A DNA stretch of 64,000 nt from Deltaproteobacteria bacterium (GTDB lineage: Bacteria; Myxococcota; JACRCW01): positions 53-64,052 of the forward strand of contig JACRCW010000017.1 of the NCBI GenBank assembly GCA_016218805.1, given 5' to 3'. This document shows, in pieces, positions 41,032-53,146 of the stretch; position 1 is the first letter of the stretch; each line of letters begins with the position of its first letter. A program made the translations under genes and the position numbers. Under the pieces are notes generated by a model, which was not told the origin of the DNA, ran no database searches, and saw nothing but the letters and a program-made list of their open reading frames with translations.

Positions 41032-44000
41032 ATGGCCCGCGACTTTGCCCATCTGCACCTGCACACGCAGTACTCGTTTCTCGACGGCGCCATCCGCGTG
41101 AAGGACCTGGTCAAGGCGGTCAAGGCGCAGGGCATGGCGTCGGTAGCCGTCACGGACCACGGCAACATGTTTGGCGCGGTGGACTTCTACAAGCAGGCCA
41201 AGGAGGCGGGCATCAAGCCCATCCTGGGGTGCGAAGTCTACGTCGCCACCAAGGGCCGCTTTGAGAAGTCTCAGCGCGACAGCAACCACCTGGTCCTGCT
41301 GGCGGAGACCGAGGAGGGCTACCACAACCTCAAGAAGCTGGTGACGGCGGGCTACACGGAGGGCTTCTATTACGACCCGCGCGTCGACAAGGAGCTGCTC
41401 AAGCAGCACTCCAAGGGCATCATCGCGCTGACCGCGTGCCTGGGTGGTGAGGTGGGCCGCAAATTTGCGCGCAGCTATTCGCAGAACGATCCCACGCTGC
41501 GCGACGAGGCCAAGAAGGCGGCGACGGAGTACCGCGACATCTTTGGACCGCAGAACTTCTTCCTGGAGGTGCAGCCCAACGGCGTGCCCATGCAGGACAA
41601 GGTCAACGCGCACCTGGCCGAACTGTCCAAGGACCTGGGGCTGGGCCTCATTGCCACCAACGACTGCCACTACGTGGACCGCAAGGACGCGCGCGCGCAG
41701 GACATCCTGATGTGCATCCGGCAGGGCAAGGCGTTTGATGACCCCAAGCGCCACCGCCACGAGACGGACGCGTTCTACATCCGCAACGGCGACGAGATGT
41801 TTGACCTGCTCAAGACGCAGTACGCGGAGGGTTACGAAAACGCGCTGAAAGTGGCTGAGCGCTGCAAGGTGGAACTCAAGCTGGGCAAGTACTTCCTCCC
41901 GCCGTTCCCGTTCCCGGAGGGCTTCAAGGACGAGGCGGACTACGTGGCGGAGCTGTCCCGCAAGGGCCTGGAGCGCCGCTTCCGCGAGATGTCCCGCAAG
42001 GTGGACGAGGACGCGTACCGCGCGCGCTTGCAGTTGGAGCTGGGCGTCATCGTCAAGATGGGGTTCTCCGGGTACTTCCTCATCGTCCAGGACTTCATCA
42101 ACTGGGCCAAGCAGAACGGCATCCCCGTGGGGCCGGGCCGTGGCTCGGGCGCCGGGAGCATTGTGGCGTACGCGCTGCGCATCACGGACCTGGACCCGCT
42201 TCCGTACAACCTCCTGTTTGAGCGCTTCCTCAACCCGGAGCGCGTGTCCATGCCGGACTTTGACGTGGATTTCTGCCAGGCGCGCCGCGGCGAGGTGATT
42301 GACTACGTCACCCAGCGTTACGGCCAGGAACGCGTGGGCCAGATTGCGACGTACGCGGCGCTGAACGCCAAGAGCGTGGTGAAGGACGTGGCGCGCGTGC
42401 TGGGCGTGCCGTTTGCCGAGGTGAACGAGCTCACCAAGCTCATCCCCGCCATGGTGGAGGATCCCAAGAACCCCGGCGAGAAGAAGAAGGCCACGCTGGA
42501 GGACGCGCTGCGCGTGGAGCCCAAGCTGTCCGCCATCCAGGAGGAGAAGCCCATCTACAAGGAGATCATGACCAACGCGCTCACGCTGGAGGGCCTGTAC
42601 CGCCAGGCCGGGATCCACGCGGGTGGCGTCGTCATTGGGCAGGAGCCGCTCAACCACTACACGCCGCTGTTCAAGGGCGCCGGCGGCGAACAGGTCACGC
42701 AGTACAACATGGACAAGGTGGCTGACGTTGGGCTGGTGAAGTTTGACTTCCTGGGCCTCAAGACGCTGGACGTCATTGACCACGCGGAGAAGCTGGTGAA
42801 CGCGCGCATCCGTTCGGAGAACGCGCGCCCCCAGGCGGAGCGCGACGCCGCGCGCGCGAAGCACCCGCACGCACGCACGACCCAGGGCGACATCCCGCTG
42901 CTCAACGTCACGCTGCTGGAGCTGGGTGACCCGGACACGTACAAGCTCGTGGCCTCCGGCGCGACGGTGGGCGTGTTCCAGTGCGAGTCCTCCGGCTTCC
43001 AGGAGCTGATGAAGAAACTCAAGCCGGACCGCTTTGAGGACATCATTGCCGCCGTGGCGCTGTACCGGCCGGGTCCCATGAAGGCGGGCATGGTGGATGA
43101 CTTCGTGGACCGCAAGCACGGGCGGCAGAAGGTGGAGTTCCTGCACCCCATGCTGGAAGGCGTGCTCAAGCCCACCTACGGCACCATCGTCTACCAGGAA
43201 CAGGTGATGCAGATTGCCCAGGTGCTCTGCGGCTACACGCTGGGCGGCGCGGACCTCCTCCGCCGCGCCATGGGCAAGAAAGACGCCGCCAAGATGGCCA
43301 AGGAGCGCGGCAAGTTTGTGGAAGGCGCGGTGCACAACGGCGTCAACGCCGACCAGGCGGGGAACATCTTTGACCTGGTGGAGAAGTTTGCCGGGTACGG
43401 GTTCAACAAGAGCCATTCCGCGGCGTACGCGCTGGTCACCTACCAGACCGCGTATCTGAAGGCGCATTACCCGCTGGAGTTCATGGCGGCCCTGCTGACC
43501 ACGGAAATGGGCTCCACGGACAACGTGGTGAAGTACATTGCCGAAGCGCGCAGCATGGGCATGAAGGTGCTGCCACCGTGCGTGAATGAAGGCCAGCGCG
43601 ACTTTGCAGTGATCTACGGCGAGCCGCCGGCCATCCGGTTTGGCCTGGGCGCCATCAAGGGCATGGGTGACGCCGCCATTGGCGCGGTGCTGGAGGCGCG
43701 GCAGCAGGGCGGCGCGTTCAAGAACCTCTTTGACTTCTGCGAGCGCGTGCCCATGCAGAAGGTGAACAAGAAGGCGCTGGAGGTGCTGGTGAAGAGCGGC
43801 GCGATGGACTCGTTTGGCCGCCCCCGCAACCAGCTGTTCCAGTCCATGGACCGCGCGGTGGAGGCGGCGCAGTCCACGCAGCGCGACCAGGAGGTGGGGC
43901 AGTTTGGGCTCTTTGGAGCGCTTACCTTTGCCGCGTCCATGAATGCCGAGCAGTACCCCGACGTGCCGGAGTGGATGGAGAAGCAGCGGCTGGAGTTTGA

Positions 44001-44628
44001 GAAGGAGGCGATTGGTTTCTACCTGACGGGTCACCCGCTGTGGCGCTTCCAGGCGGACATGAACCGGCTGGGGAGCGCCAGCATTGGCAGCCTGGGGGAC
44101 CGCGGGCACCTGGCGGAGGTGGGCATTGCCGGCGTGGTGGTGGCGCTGAAGGAGCGGCTGACCAAGGACGGCAACCGCTGGGCCGCGGTGACGCTGGAGG
44201 ATCTGTCCGGGCAGGTGGAGGTGCTGGTGTTCTCCAAGGCGTACGCCGCCGCGGAAGCGCTGCTGAAGAAGGACGAGCCGGTCTACATGAAGGGCCGCGT
44301 GCTGGTGGAGGAGGGTGCGGACGAGAACGCGGAACCGGCCGTCAAGGTGCGCTGCGAGGAGGTGAAGAGCCTGGCGGACATCCGGGCCGCGCAGGCGCGC
44401 CGCATCCTGGTGCACGTCAAGCCGGACGACGCGGAGCGCAACCTGCGCGCGCTGCACAAGCTGGCCGGGGAGTTCACGGGGCCGTGCTCCCTGCGGCTGC
44501 AGCTGTTCATCCCGAATGAAGGCTACGTGGTCCTGGACACGGATCCCGCGTTCAAGGTGTCTCCCGCCGACGAATTTGTGCAGCGGGCAGAGCAGATCCT
44601 GGGGCGGGGGTCCGTGGAGGTCCTGTGA
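41032..44628 (+). CDS. dnaE: DNA polymerase III alpha subunit
   Basis: The N-terminal PHP domain starts FAHLHLHTQYSFLDGA. The polymerase core, OB fold and full length are all present. Confidence 0.95.
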   Translation: MARDFAHLHLHTQYSFLDGAIRVKDLVKAVKAQGMASVAVTDHGNMFGAVDFYKQAKEAGIKPILGCEVYVATKGRFEKSQRDSNHLVLLAETEEGYHNLKKLVTAGYTEGFYYDPRVDKELLKQHSKGIIALTACLGGEVGRKFARSYSQNDPTLRDEAKKAATEYRDIFGPQNFFLEVQPNGVPMQDKVNAHLAELSKDLGLGLIATNDCHYVDRKDARAQDILMCIRQGKAFDDPKRHRHETDAFYIRNGDEMFDLLKTQYAEGYENALKVAERCKVELKLGKYFLPPFPFPEGFKDEADYVAELSRKGLERRFREMSRKVDEDAYRARLQLELGVIVKMGFSGYFLIVQDFINWAKQNGIPVGPGRGSGAGSIVAYALRITDLDPLPYNLLFERFLNPERVSMPDFDVDFCQARRGEVIDYVTQRYGQERVGQIATYAALNAKSVVKDVARVLGVPFAEVNELTKLIPAMVEDPKNPGEKKKATLEDALRVEPKLSAIQEEKPIYKEIMTNALTLEGLYRQAGIHAGGVVIGQEPLNHYTPLFKGAGGEQVTQYNMDKVADVGLVKFDFLGLKTLDVIDHAEKLVNARIRSENARPQAERDAARAKHPHARTTQGDIPLLNVTLLELGDPDTYKLVASGATVGVFQCESSGFQELMKKLKPDRFEDIIAAVALYRPGPMKAGMVDDFVDRKHGRQKVEFLHPMLEGVLKPTYGTIVYQEQVMQIAQVLCGYTLGGADLLRRAMGKKDAAKMAKERGKFVEGAVHNGVNADQAGNIFDLVEKFAGYGFNKSHSAAYALVTYQTAYLKAHYPLEFMAALLTTEMGSTDNVVKYIAEARSMGMKVLPPCVNEGQRDFAVIYGEPPAIRFGLGAIKGMGDAAIGAVLEARQQGGAFKNLFDFCERVPMQKVNKKALEVLVKSGAMDSFGRPRNQLFQSMDRAVEAAQSTQRDQEVGQFGLFGALTFAASMNAEQYPDVPEWMEKQRLEFEKEAIGFYLTGHPLWRFQADMNRLGSASIGSLGDRGHLAEVGIAGVVVALKERLTKDGNRWAAVTLEDLSGQVEVLVFSKAYAAAEALLKKDEPVYMKGRVLVEEGADENAEPAVKVRCEEVKSLADIRAAQARRILVHVKPDDAERNLRALHKLAGEFTGPCSLRLQLFIPNEGYVVLDTDPAFKVSPADEFVQRAEQILGRGSVEVL

Positions 44629-45794
44629 CGGCGACCGATCTGGCCCGGCTGGAGGGAGCCGCAGCCGCCATTGTGGGCGCGGTGCTGGGTGACGTGTTGG
44701 GACGGCCGGTGACGGGGCTGCCGCCCGCGCATGCCACCGCGCGGCTGGCGTCGTCAGACGCGTCCATCAGCATTGCCGCGCCGCCTCCCGCGGAAGATGA
44801 GCCCATGCGCGAGGCGCTGCCGGGTACGCCGTCCGCTGCGACGATGCTGGGCCTGGTGCTGCTGGAAGCGGCGAAGCTCAGCCCCGCGGACGCGGTGGAG
44901 GACGTGCTGCGGCGCGTGCACGGGACGGGGTTTGCACGCGGGCGACGGCAGCACGGCGCGCTGACCGGGCCGTCCCCCGTGGTGGTGAAGACGCTGCGGG
45001 ACTTTGCAGCATCTACGCACGCGCTGTCCTGCGCGGGGGATGCGCCGGATGCGACCATGTTGCTCCCCGCGCTGATGTTGGGTGCGTGCGGGACGCCCCT
45101 GGAGCGCGCGGCGCTGCTGTTGCGCGCGGTCAACCGCAACCCCATCACGCTGAGCGCGGCGGTGACGCTGTCAGAGGTCACGCGTTCCGTGGTGGCGCGG
45201 GAGACCACGCCGGAGTCACTGCTGCGCGCGGCGCGGCAATCTGAGGAGCGCGTGCTGGCGAGCCTGCGCGCGTTGCCGGGCACGCTGGCAGGCCCACCGG
45301 AGATGGGACACGGCGCGATGGCCATGTCGCTGGCGCGCGCGCAGTCTGCGCAGTCGGGGACGGAGGCGTTGCTGCCGCTGTCGCACGACGCGTCCGCGGC
45401 GCCGGAGATTGTGCTGTCCAGTGTATTGGGCGCGCTGGCCACCGAGCCGGCGCAACTGGCGCGGCAGGTGGCGCTGGTGCTCCGTCACGGTGGTGCGGCG
45501 TTTGCGGCGGCGGGCGTTCTGGTGGGGCTGCACGGCGCGCTGATGGGGCTGCGGGACGTGCCGCTGGGCTGGATGGCGGCGTTGCGGCACGCGGCGCCGC
45601 TGCTGGCGTTTGCGCGTGCAGCGGTGGGTGATGAGCGGCTGCCGTTTCCGGCGGCGGACCTCAACTGGGCGTGGGCGCGGGATGAGTTCGCGTTCCGCGA
45701 CGAGCGCGACACGGCGCGCCGGACGTCGGTGGTGCCGGGGAGGTCGGTGCAACTGGGTCTGTTTGGAGAGCTGGCGTCCAAGGGAGGACGTTAG
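44625..45794 (+). CDS. ADP-ribosylglycohydrolase-family protein. Its GTG start overlaps the dnaE stop.
   Basis: The N-terminal motif AIVGAVLGDVLGRPVTG is typical of ADP-ribosylglycohydrolases (DraG-like). Confidence 0.55.
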   Translation: MTATDLARLEGAAAAIVGAVLGDVLGRPVTGLPPAHATARLASSDASISIAAPPPAEDEPMREALPGTPSAATMLGLVLLEAAKLSPADAVEDVLRRVHGTGFARGRRQHGALTGPSPVVVKTLRDFAASTHALSCAGDAPDATMLLPALMLGACGTPLERAALLLRAVNRNPITLSAAVTLSEVTRSVVARETTPESLLRAARQSEERVLASLRALPGTLAGPPEMGHGAMAMSLARAQSAQSGTEALLPLSHDASAAPEIVLSSVLGALATEPAQLARQVALVLRHGGAAFAAAGVLVGLHGALMGLRDVPLGWMAALRHAAPLLAFARAAVGDERLPFPAADLNWAWARDEFAFRDERDTARRTSVVPGRSVQLGLFGELASKGGR

Positions 45795-45799
45795 GCCGT

Positions 45800-46864
45800 T
45801 CAGGGTTCAATCTCCCAGACCCGATAGACCGACTGCGTCTGTGCCAGGCGAGTGTCGTCGGTGGCGCTGGGGTTGTACACGTTGAACGGCCGCTCACCGG
45901 TGCCACCGTTGGCAGCGTAATAGCGGAACACCAGCGTCTGCGGACCGGTGGTGGTGTGCCCGGAGAGGACCACCGTCGTCGGGTAGATGCGCGAATGGAT
46001 GGATGAGCTGGCCGAGTAGTTCACCGACTGCGCGACGACTTCCGTCCCGCTCCCCAGCTTCCACGCCTGGGTCATGGACCCGGAGGCGTCCCCGAACCCG
46101 GAGATGGTGCCTTCGATCAGCAGCAGGCTGGTGGGGGACTTCTTGTCGACGGTGAACGACTCCATCTGGTGGCTCGCGCTACCGGGCAACGCGCGCCGCG
46201 TGGAGTTGGCGTGCAGCGTGAGGTTGAGGATCTGCCAGTTCCAGTGACCGGTGAGCCGTCCGGCAATGTTCGCATCCCCGGCGATGTTTGTATTCCCGTC
46301 AACGTTGGCGTTACCCGCCACATCCAACCGGGCGGCGGGCGCGGTCTTCCCCACGCCCAGGTTGGCCCCCACGGTGAAGTCCTGTCCGGGCACCGCCTGC
46401 TTGGCGCTGAGCGCATAAGCCGCGCTGCCCACCTGCTGCGTTCCACCGAGCATCGTGTAATCGCCCTCGGCGGTGGCGTCGCACGCGCCGGTGGCGGAGA
46501 CGGAGCCGCCCGGCGCTGCGCCCACGCGGAGGAACAGGCTGGGCGCGTCCTCCACCTCCACGCTGAGCGGGTTGGCGGACCCCAGGCGCACACCAAAGGT
46601 CCCCGCCGCCACGAGGACCGCGCCCTGGCGCTCGGACCACAGCAGGCTGCCGGTGGGGGTTCCGCCCGCGTCCGCGGGGGCGCTCCACAACTGGAAGCAG
46701 AAGTCCGCTGTTCCGTTCACCGGTGCACCGTCACGCTCCAGGTAGCCCTGGTACGGCAGTGTTCCCCAGCTCTGCGCCGCCTGTTGCGCGGTGAGCGCGT
46801 ATCCACCGCCGGCCAGCGCCAGCAGCGCCACCACGTAACCCGCCACCAGCGTCCGCCTCTTCAC
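45800..46864 (-). CDS. Hypothetical secreted protein with repetitive NxDGN/IAG segments and a C1q-like-looking C-terminus
   Basis: A GTG start is preceded by a GGAGG ribosome-binding site. The signal is VKRRTLVAGYVVALLALAGG, and the repeats are VAGNANVDGNTNIAGDANIAG. Confidence 0.5.
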   Translation of the reverse strand: MKRRTLVAGYVVALLALAGGGYALTAQQAAQSWGTLPYQGYLERDGAPVNGTADFCFQLWSAPADAGGTPTGSLLWSERQGAVLVAAGTFGVRLGSANPLSVEVEDAPSLFLRVGAAPGGSVSATGACDATAEGDYTMLGGTQQVGSAAYALSAKQAVPGQDFTVGANLGVGKTAPAARLDVAGNANVDGNTNIAGDANIAGRLTGHWNWQILNLTLHANSTRRALPGSASHQMESFTVDKKSPTSLLLIEGTISGFGDASGSMTQAWKLGSGTEVVAQSVNYSASSSIHSRIYPTTVVLSGHTTTGPQTLVFRYYAANGGTGERPFNVYNPSATDDTRLAQTQSVYRVWEIEP

Positions 46865-46952
46865 GCCTGCCTCCTCGGTCCGTGCGACGACGACGCGTCG
46901 CGCACGCGTTTGAGGATGCTCCGCGCGGACCCGGTGCGTCCAGCGCGCCCGC

Positions 46953-48602
46953 TCAGCCGCGCCCGAGGTGACGCTTGTAGTGCGCAATCAGTCCGTTGGT
47001 GGACGCATCATGGCTGGTCACCGGTCCGGCCGCGCGCAGCTCCGGTTCAATCTTCTTGGCCAGCTGTTTGCCCAGCTCCACGCCCCACTGGTCAAAGCTG
47101 AAGACGTCCCACAGCACACCCTGCACAAAGATCTTGTGCTCATACAGGGCCACCAGCTTGCCCAGCATGCCCGGCGTCAGCTTGGGGAACATGATGGAGT
47201 TCGTGGGGCGGTTGCCGGGGAAGCACTTGTGCGGGAGCAGCGCGGCCAGTTTCTCGCCGGACAGTCCCTGGGCGGCCAGCTCAGCGCGCGCCTCGTCCTC
47301 GTTCTTGCCGCGCATCAGCGCTTCCGTCTGGGCCAGGAAGTTCGCCGTCAGCACCACGTGGTGATCCCCCATGGGGTAGTGACTCTCCACGGGGATGAGG
47401 AAGTCCGCCGGGATGAGCCGAGTGCCCTGGTGAATGAGCTGGTAGAACGCGTGCTGTCCGTTGGTGCCCGGCTCGCCCCACACAATGGGTCCGGTGGCGT
47501 AGTCGGTGATGGTCTGGCCGGACCGTGTCACGCGCTTGCCGTTGCTCTCCATGTCGCCCTGCTGGAAGTACGCGGCAAAGCGGTGCATGGACTGGTCATA
47601 CGGGAGGATGGCGTGCGTCTCCGCGCCAAAGAAGTTCCCGTACCACGCTCCCAGCAGCGCCAGGATGACGGGGAGGTTGTCCTCCAGCTTGGTGGTGCGG
47701 AAGTGCTCGTCCATCTCGTGGGCGCCGGTCAGCAGCTCTTCAAACCGGTCCATCCCCACGGTGACCGCAATGGACAGCCCAATGGCGCTCCACAGCGAAT
47801 ACCGCCCACCCACCCAATCCCAGAACCCGAACATGTTCTCCGTGTCGATGCCGAACCTGGCGACCTCCGCGGCGTTGGTGGAAATCGCCACAAAGTGCCG
47901 GGCCACGGCCGCCTCGCCGAGTTTCCCGACGAGCCACGCGCGCGCGCTGTGCGCGTTCAGCAGCGTTTCCTGCGTGGTGAACGTCTTGGAGGCCACCAGG
48001 AACAGCGTGGTCTCCGGGTCCAGTCCCTGGGCGGTCATCCCAAAATGCGCGCCATCCACGTTGGACACAAAGTGCGGCCGCAGGCCGTCCTGCCAGTACG
48101 GCTTGAGCGCCTGAGTGACCATGACGGGCCCCAGGTCACTCCCGCCAATGCCTATGTTGACGACGTCCGTGATGCGCTTGCCGGTGTGGCCCTTCCACGC
48201 GCCGCTGCGGACGCGCTCGGAGAAGGCGCGCATGCGCGCCAGCACGCCGTTCACCTCCGGCATCACGTCCTTCCCGTCGACGCGAACGGGCCGGTTGGAG
48301 CGGTTGCGCAGCGCCACGTGCAGCACCGCGCGGTCCTCCGTGCCGTTGATGCGCGCGCCGCCAAACATCCGGTCGCGCCAGTCCTCCACGCGCTGCTGGC
48401 GTGCCAGGTCCAGCAGCAGGCGGAAGGTCTCGTCCGTGATGCGGTTCTTGGAGAAGTCCAGCAGCAGGCCGCCCCACTGGCGGGAGAAGCGCGCAAAGCG
48501 CTGCGGGTCGTCGTGGAACAGCTCGCGCATGTGCCGGTGCTGCACCGCGGCGTGGTGCTGCGCCAGCGCGTGCCACGCCGGCGTTGACGTCAGACTCTCC
48601 AT
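46953..48602 (-). CDS. pgi: Glucose-6-phosphate isomerase
   Basis: The PGI signatures [10 protein letters not shown] and [11 protein letters not shown] are present. Confidence 0.9.
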   Translation of the reverse strand: MESLTSTPAWHALAQHHAAVQHRHMRELFHDDPQRFARFSRQWGGLLLDFSKNRITDETFRLLLDLARQQRVEDWRDRMFGGARINGTEDRAVLHVALRNRSNRPVRVDGKDVMPEVNGVLARMRAFSERVRSGAWKGHTGKRITDVVNIGIGGSDLGPVMVTQALKPYWQDGLRPHFVSNVDGAHFGMTAQGLDPETTLFLVASKTFTTQETLLNAHSARAWLVGKLGEAAVARHFVAISTNAAEVARFGIDTENMFGFWDWVGGRYSLWSAIGLSIAVTVGMDRFEELLTGAHEMDEHFRTTKLEDNLPVILALLGAWYGNFFGAETHAILPYDQSMHRFAAYFQQGDMESNGKRVTRSGQTITDYATGPIVWGEPGTNGQHAFYQLIHQGTRLIPADFLIPVESHYPMGDHHVVLTANFLAQTEALMRGKNEDEARAELAAQGLSGEKLAALLPHKCFPGNRPTNSIMFPKLTPGMLGKLVALYEHKIFVQGVLWDVFSFDQWGVELGKQLAKKIEPELRAAGPVTSHDASTNGLIAHYKRHLGRG

Positions 48603-48613
48603 GGTGTCCTCCC

Positions 48614-49663
48614 TCAGCCCTGCTTTGCGCGCGCTTCCAGTTCATCCACGCGTTTCTGGAGCTGCCGCAGGGTCTTCACGTGTTCATCCAGGTTCTGCGA
48701 ATGCAGGATCATGCGCGCCCACTGTCCGCGCGGGATGGCCGGCACGCCGGACCACGTCTCACCCGCGGGGATGCTGTGCATCGTCTGCGCGGCCGCGGCC
48801 AGCTTGGCGCCTTCGCCCACTGTGATGTGCCCCACCACGGCGGAGCAGCCTCCCAGCATCACGTTCTTCTCCAGCTTGGCGCTGCCGGCAATGGCGGAGT
48901 GACCCGAGATGATCACGTTCTCACCCAGCTGGACGTTGTGCGCAATCTGCACGTGGTTGTCTATCTTCACGTGCCCGCCGATGCGCGTCACCCCCAGCGC
49001 CGCGCGGTCAATGGTTGTGCACGCGCCAATCTCCACGTCATCCCCCACGTGCACCACGCCCACCTGGGGAATCTTCTCCGGCGTCCCGTCCGCGGACGGC
49101 GCAAACCCAAACCCGTCTGATCCCATCACGCAGCCCGGCTGCAGGATGGCGCGTGCGCCCACGCGGGTGCCGCGCATCAGGACCACGTGCGGGTAGACGG
49201 TGCAGTCCTCGCCCAGCTCCACGTCATCATCAATGAACGTATGCGGGTAGATCACCGTGCCGCGCCCGATGCGCGCGCGCCCCACGTACGCCAGCGGCAT
49301 GATGCACACGCCGTGTCCCAGCTCCGCCGCCGCGTCCACAAACGCCAGGCCGCTCACACCCGGCTCATGGGTGGGCGCGGGGTGCAGCACCTGCACCGCC
49401 TGCGCAAACGCCAGGTACGCGTTGGGCACAATCACCGCGGGGCACGGAAAGCGCGTGCGCTGGGACTCAAAGGTGCGCGCATCCGCCAGCACCGCGGCGG
49501 CGCGCGTGCCGTTGAGCTGGCCCATGTACTTGGGGTTGGCAATGAAGCTGATGGAGTCCGGCGTGGCGTCTTCCAGCGTCATCACGCGCGCCACGGACAG
49601 GTCCGCGGATGCAGGATCGGGCAGGGTGGCGCCGAGTTTGTCGGCGAGCTCGGCGAGGCGCAT
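48614..49663 (-). CDS. lpxD: UDP-3-O-acylglucosamine N-acyltransferase
   Basis: The LpxD N-terminus [12 protein letters not shown] is followed by left-handed beta-helix hexapeptide repeats. Confidence 0.9.
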   Translation of the reverse strand: MRLAELADKLGATLPDPASADLSVARVMTLEDATPDSISFIANPKYMGQLNGTRAAAVLADARTFESQRTRFPCPAVIVPNAYLAFAQAVQVLHPAPTHEPGVSGLAFVDAAAELGHGVCIMPLAYVGRARIGRGTVIYPHTFIDDDVELGEDCTVYPHVVLMRGTRVGARAILQPGCVMGSDGFGFAPSADGTPEKIPQVGVVHVGDDVEIGACTTIDRAALGVTRIGGHVKIDNHVQIAHNVQLGENVIISGHSAIAGSAKLEKNVMLGGCSAVVGHITVGEGAKLAAAAQTMHSIPAGETWSGVPAIPRGQWARMILHSQNLDEHVKTLRQLQKRVDELEARAKQG

Positions 49664-49679
49664 GGGGCGTGCTCCGGGT

Positions 49680-50810
49680 TTACTGGGCGGCAGGCGCCGG
49701 GGCGGCCGCGGGCTGCGCGGGAGCGGCCTTGGGCGCGTTGCGGGCGTCCGCGGTCACCTGCGTGTCAAAGCGCACGGTGGGGCGGTCTTTGATCTCCGTA
49801 CGCGCATCACCACTCTCGTAGGCCACCACCTTCACGGCGGTGGTCTTGCCCTGCTCCACGGCAAAGGTGTGCGTGCTGCGGATCTTGAACTGCATGTCTG
49901 AGACAAACGCAAACACGCCCTGCCCCACGCCCTGGTAGACCACATTGACGTTGAGGGTGTGGTTGCCGGGCAGGATGTTGCCGTCAAACAGGTCAATCTG
50001 ATCCTTGCCCGCAAACGAGTCGCCCGTCGCGTCCACCTGGTCGCGGATGGAGGCACCGTCCAGGAAGATGTGTATTTCCCGCAACTGGAAGGATGAACCC
50101 ATCTCATTGCGGTAGACCATGTGCGCATGGCCGGAGCTTGTGGCGCCGGTGACGGCGGAATCCTGCAGCACCCCCAGCTTGCCGGAGACCTTGTCCAGGC
50201 GCTGGCCCAGCTCAGCCACGCGTTGCGCAATGGCCTCCAGCCGGGCCTCCTGCGCCTCCTCCGCGGTGAGCAGCTGCGTGCCTGCTGCGGCGGGCGCTGC
50301 CTTGGGCGGTTCTGCCGCGCGCGCGGCCTCGGCGGCGGGGTCCCGCAGCACGCTCTCCACCTTCAGGGCCGGCTTGTCCTTCAGCTCCGTGGTCACGTCG
50401 CCCTTCTCAAAGGCAACCGCGCGCACGGTGACTTCCTTGCCGCTCTCCAACTGCACGCTCTGCTGGCCCTTGAGTGTGAACGTGTAGCCCTTGAGGTAGC
50501 TGAACACGCCGTACCCGGTGCCCTGGTAGACCAGGCTGAAGTTGACCAGGTGGCCACCGGCGGGCAGCCCGCCCTCCTGCAGCACCACCTCCCCGCCGCT
50601 GTTCACCGCCGCATCCTGCGCAAAGGACTTGCTCTGCTGGTCCTTGCCGTCCACGGACCACTGCGCTTCCTGCAGCGCAAATGCGTTGGACAGCGTGCTG
50701 CGGATGACCAGCTTGTAACGCGCGTCGGCGGCGCCCTGCGCGCGCGCGGTGCCACCCGCCCCCAGCAGCCCCAGCGCGGCCATCGCGGCCGTCGTCACCG
50801 CCCTCTTCAT
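49680..50810 (-). CDS. Secreted protein with two beta-rich modules flanking a coiled-coil, in the position usually held by Skp/OmpH upstream of lpxD
   Basis: A signal peptide (MKRAVTTAAMAALGLLGAGGTARAQ) is present. The protein has an internal duplication and a central coiled-coil. Confidence 0.5.
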   Translation of the reverse strand: MKRAVTTAAMAALGLLGAGGTARAQGAADARYKLVIRSTLSNAFALQEAQWSVDGKDQQSKSFAQDAAVNSGGEVVLQEGGLPAGGHLVNFSLVYQGTGYGVFSYLKGYTFTLKGQQSVQLESGKEVTVRAVAFEKGDVTTELKDKPALKVESVLRDPAAEAARAAEPPKAAPAAAGTQLLTAEEAQEARLEAIAQRVAELGQRLDKVSGKLGVLQDSAVTGATSSGHAHMVYRNEMGSSFQLREIHIFLDGASIRDQVDATGDSFAGKDQIDLFDGNILPGNHTLNVNVVYQGVGQGVFAFVSDMQFKIRSTHTFAVEQGKTTAVKVVAYESGDARTEIKDRPTVRFDTQVTADARNAPKAAPAQPAAAPAPAAQ

Positions 50811-50860
50811 CGTCGCCTCCCTGAGCGAATCCTGCCCCCGTGCAGGTGGGCCGGCGGACA

Positions 50861-51700
<840 letters not shown>

Positions 51701-51783
51701 GCCCCGACGGTAGGGATCACCGGGGGCGGGGGCAAGCCGCGGGGCGTTGACGAGCGCGGGCGTGACCGCGAAGGATGCCGCGC

Positions 51784-52512
51784 ATGCGGCCCCTCCTCTC
51801 GTCGGTGGTCCTGGCATGGCTGGCGCTCGCTCCCGGCTGCCGGTCCCTTCCCATTGCGCCCGCCGGCGTGCGTGATGCGCTGGATGCCAAGTACGCGGGC
51901 GGTTACTTCACGTTGAAGCAGAGCATGTATTTTGGGCCGTTCTGGGACGCGCCGGATCTGGTGCTGCTGGATGCACGGCCGTTCCACTCCCTGAGCTACC
52001 TGGTGGTGGGCTCCCGGCCCGTGCCGCCGGGCACGGAGCACGGCATCATCCCCGCGGGAACGCGCGTTCGGGTGGAGAAGGTGGACCTGCCGTCATTGGG
52101 CTCCATGGCCGGGCGGCCCAACCTGTCCCCGCGCTACAACGGCTGGCTGCGGGTGCGCGTGAACCGGTTTGACACCTCCGCCCCCGGCTTCCGGGACGGG
52201 CTGCACGTGCTGGTGCTGCCGCTGGGGTTGACGGACCTGGGGGCGCTGGAGGGCGCCATCCAGCAGCTGCTGGGTGATGATGACGCGTTCAAGGCGTGGC
52301 TGGACGGCCGCACGCCGGAGATGCGCGCGGCCATTGCGGAGAAACGGCCGCGCGTGGGGATGCTGTACGAGGAGCTGGTGGCCGCGCTGGGCCCGCCGGA
52401 TGCGATGGTCTCCGACGTGGTGCCGGAGGGAAGGCGCGAGGTGGCGGAGTTCCCGCGCTACCAGGTGACGCTGGTGGAGAGCCTGGTGCGGGCCGTGGAA
52501 ACCCGGCCCTGA
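51784..52512 (+). CDS. Hypothetical lipoprotein
   Basis: The signal and lipobox LAWLALAPGC are present, and codon bias is good. Confidence 0.5.
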   Translation: MRPLLSSVVLAWLALAPGCRSLPIAPAGVRDALDAKYAGGYFTLKQSMYFGPFWDAPDLVLLDARPFHSLSYLVVGSRPVPPGTEHGIIPAGTRVRVEKVDLPSLGSMAGRPNLSPRYNGWLRVRVNRFDTSAPGFRDGLHVLVLPLGLTDLGALEGAIQQLLGDDDAFKAWLDGRTPEMRAAIAEKRPRVGMLYEELVAALGPPDAMVSDVVPEGRREVAEFPRYQVTLVESLVRAVETRP

Positions 52513-52517
52513 CGGCG

Positions 52518-52970
52518 TCAGGCGGCGGTGGCTTCCCGCACCGCGCAGACCAGCCGGTCCAGGTCCACCGGCTTGTCCAGCACGGACGCGCCCAGGCGGT
52601 CGCCTTCGCGGTGGATCCAGTCCTCGCCAAAACCGGTGATGAGGAACACCGGGACGCTCCAGTTGCTTTCACGCAGCTCCGCCAGGACGTCCAGGCCGGT
52701 GCGGCCGGGCATGCGCACGTCAGAAACCACGGCGTCAAACGGCCGGTGCAGGTCATCCGTCTGGGCGGCGTGGGAGAGCTGGTGCCACAACTCGCGGCCG
52801 GTCTTCACCGTGACCACCTCAAACCCGCGGCGCTGGAACTCCTCGGTCAGCATGGCGCGCATGGCGTCGTCGTCCTCGGCCACCAGCACGCGCGCGCGGC
52901 GCAGCGCCATGACGGCGTCCTTCAGCGTGTAGTGCCGCGCGTTGCCTTCGTCCGCATTGACCCGGTTCAT
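52518..52970 (-). CDS. Stand-alone response regulator receiver (CheY-like)
   Basis: It has the acidic pocket (VLVAEDDD) and the DAVVSDVRMPGRTG phospho-acceptor context. Confidence 0.75.
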   Translation of the reverse strand: MNRVNADEGNARHYTLKDAVMALRRARVLVAEDDDAMRAMLTEEFQRRGFEVVTVKTGRELWHQLSHAAQTDDLHRPFDAVVSDVRMPGRTGLDVLAELRESNWSVPVFLITGFGEDWIHREGDRLGASVLDKPVDLDRLVCAVREATAA

Positions 52971-53146
52971 GGACCACCTCCGGGCCGGCTCCCGAGCACC
53001 CACCGTGCCAGGACACCGCCGGGCACCGCGCCCGGTTGCCGCGGCCGCGTGGTGCGTGGCGACGAGAAACCGGGACCCTTGGCGCGGCTTGCGGCCGTGG
53101 TCTGCTGCGTGGGCGCGCGCGTGGCGGAATGCCACGCGGGGCACCT

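Noticed and set aside
40942-44457. 1171-aa minus-strand ORF
   Set aside because: It is antisense to dnaE, and the translation is low-complexity.
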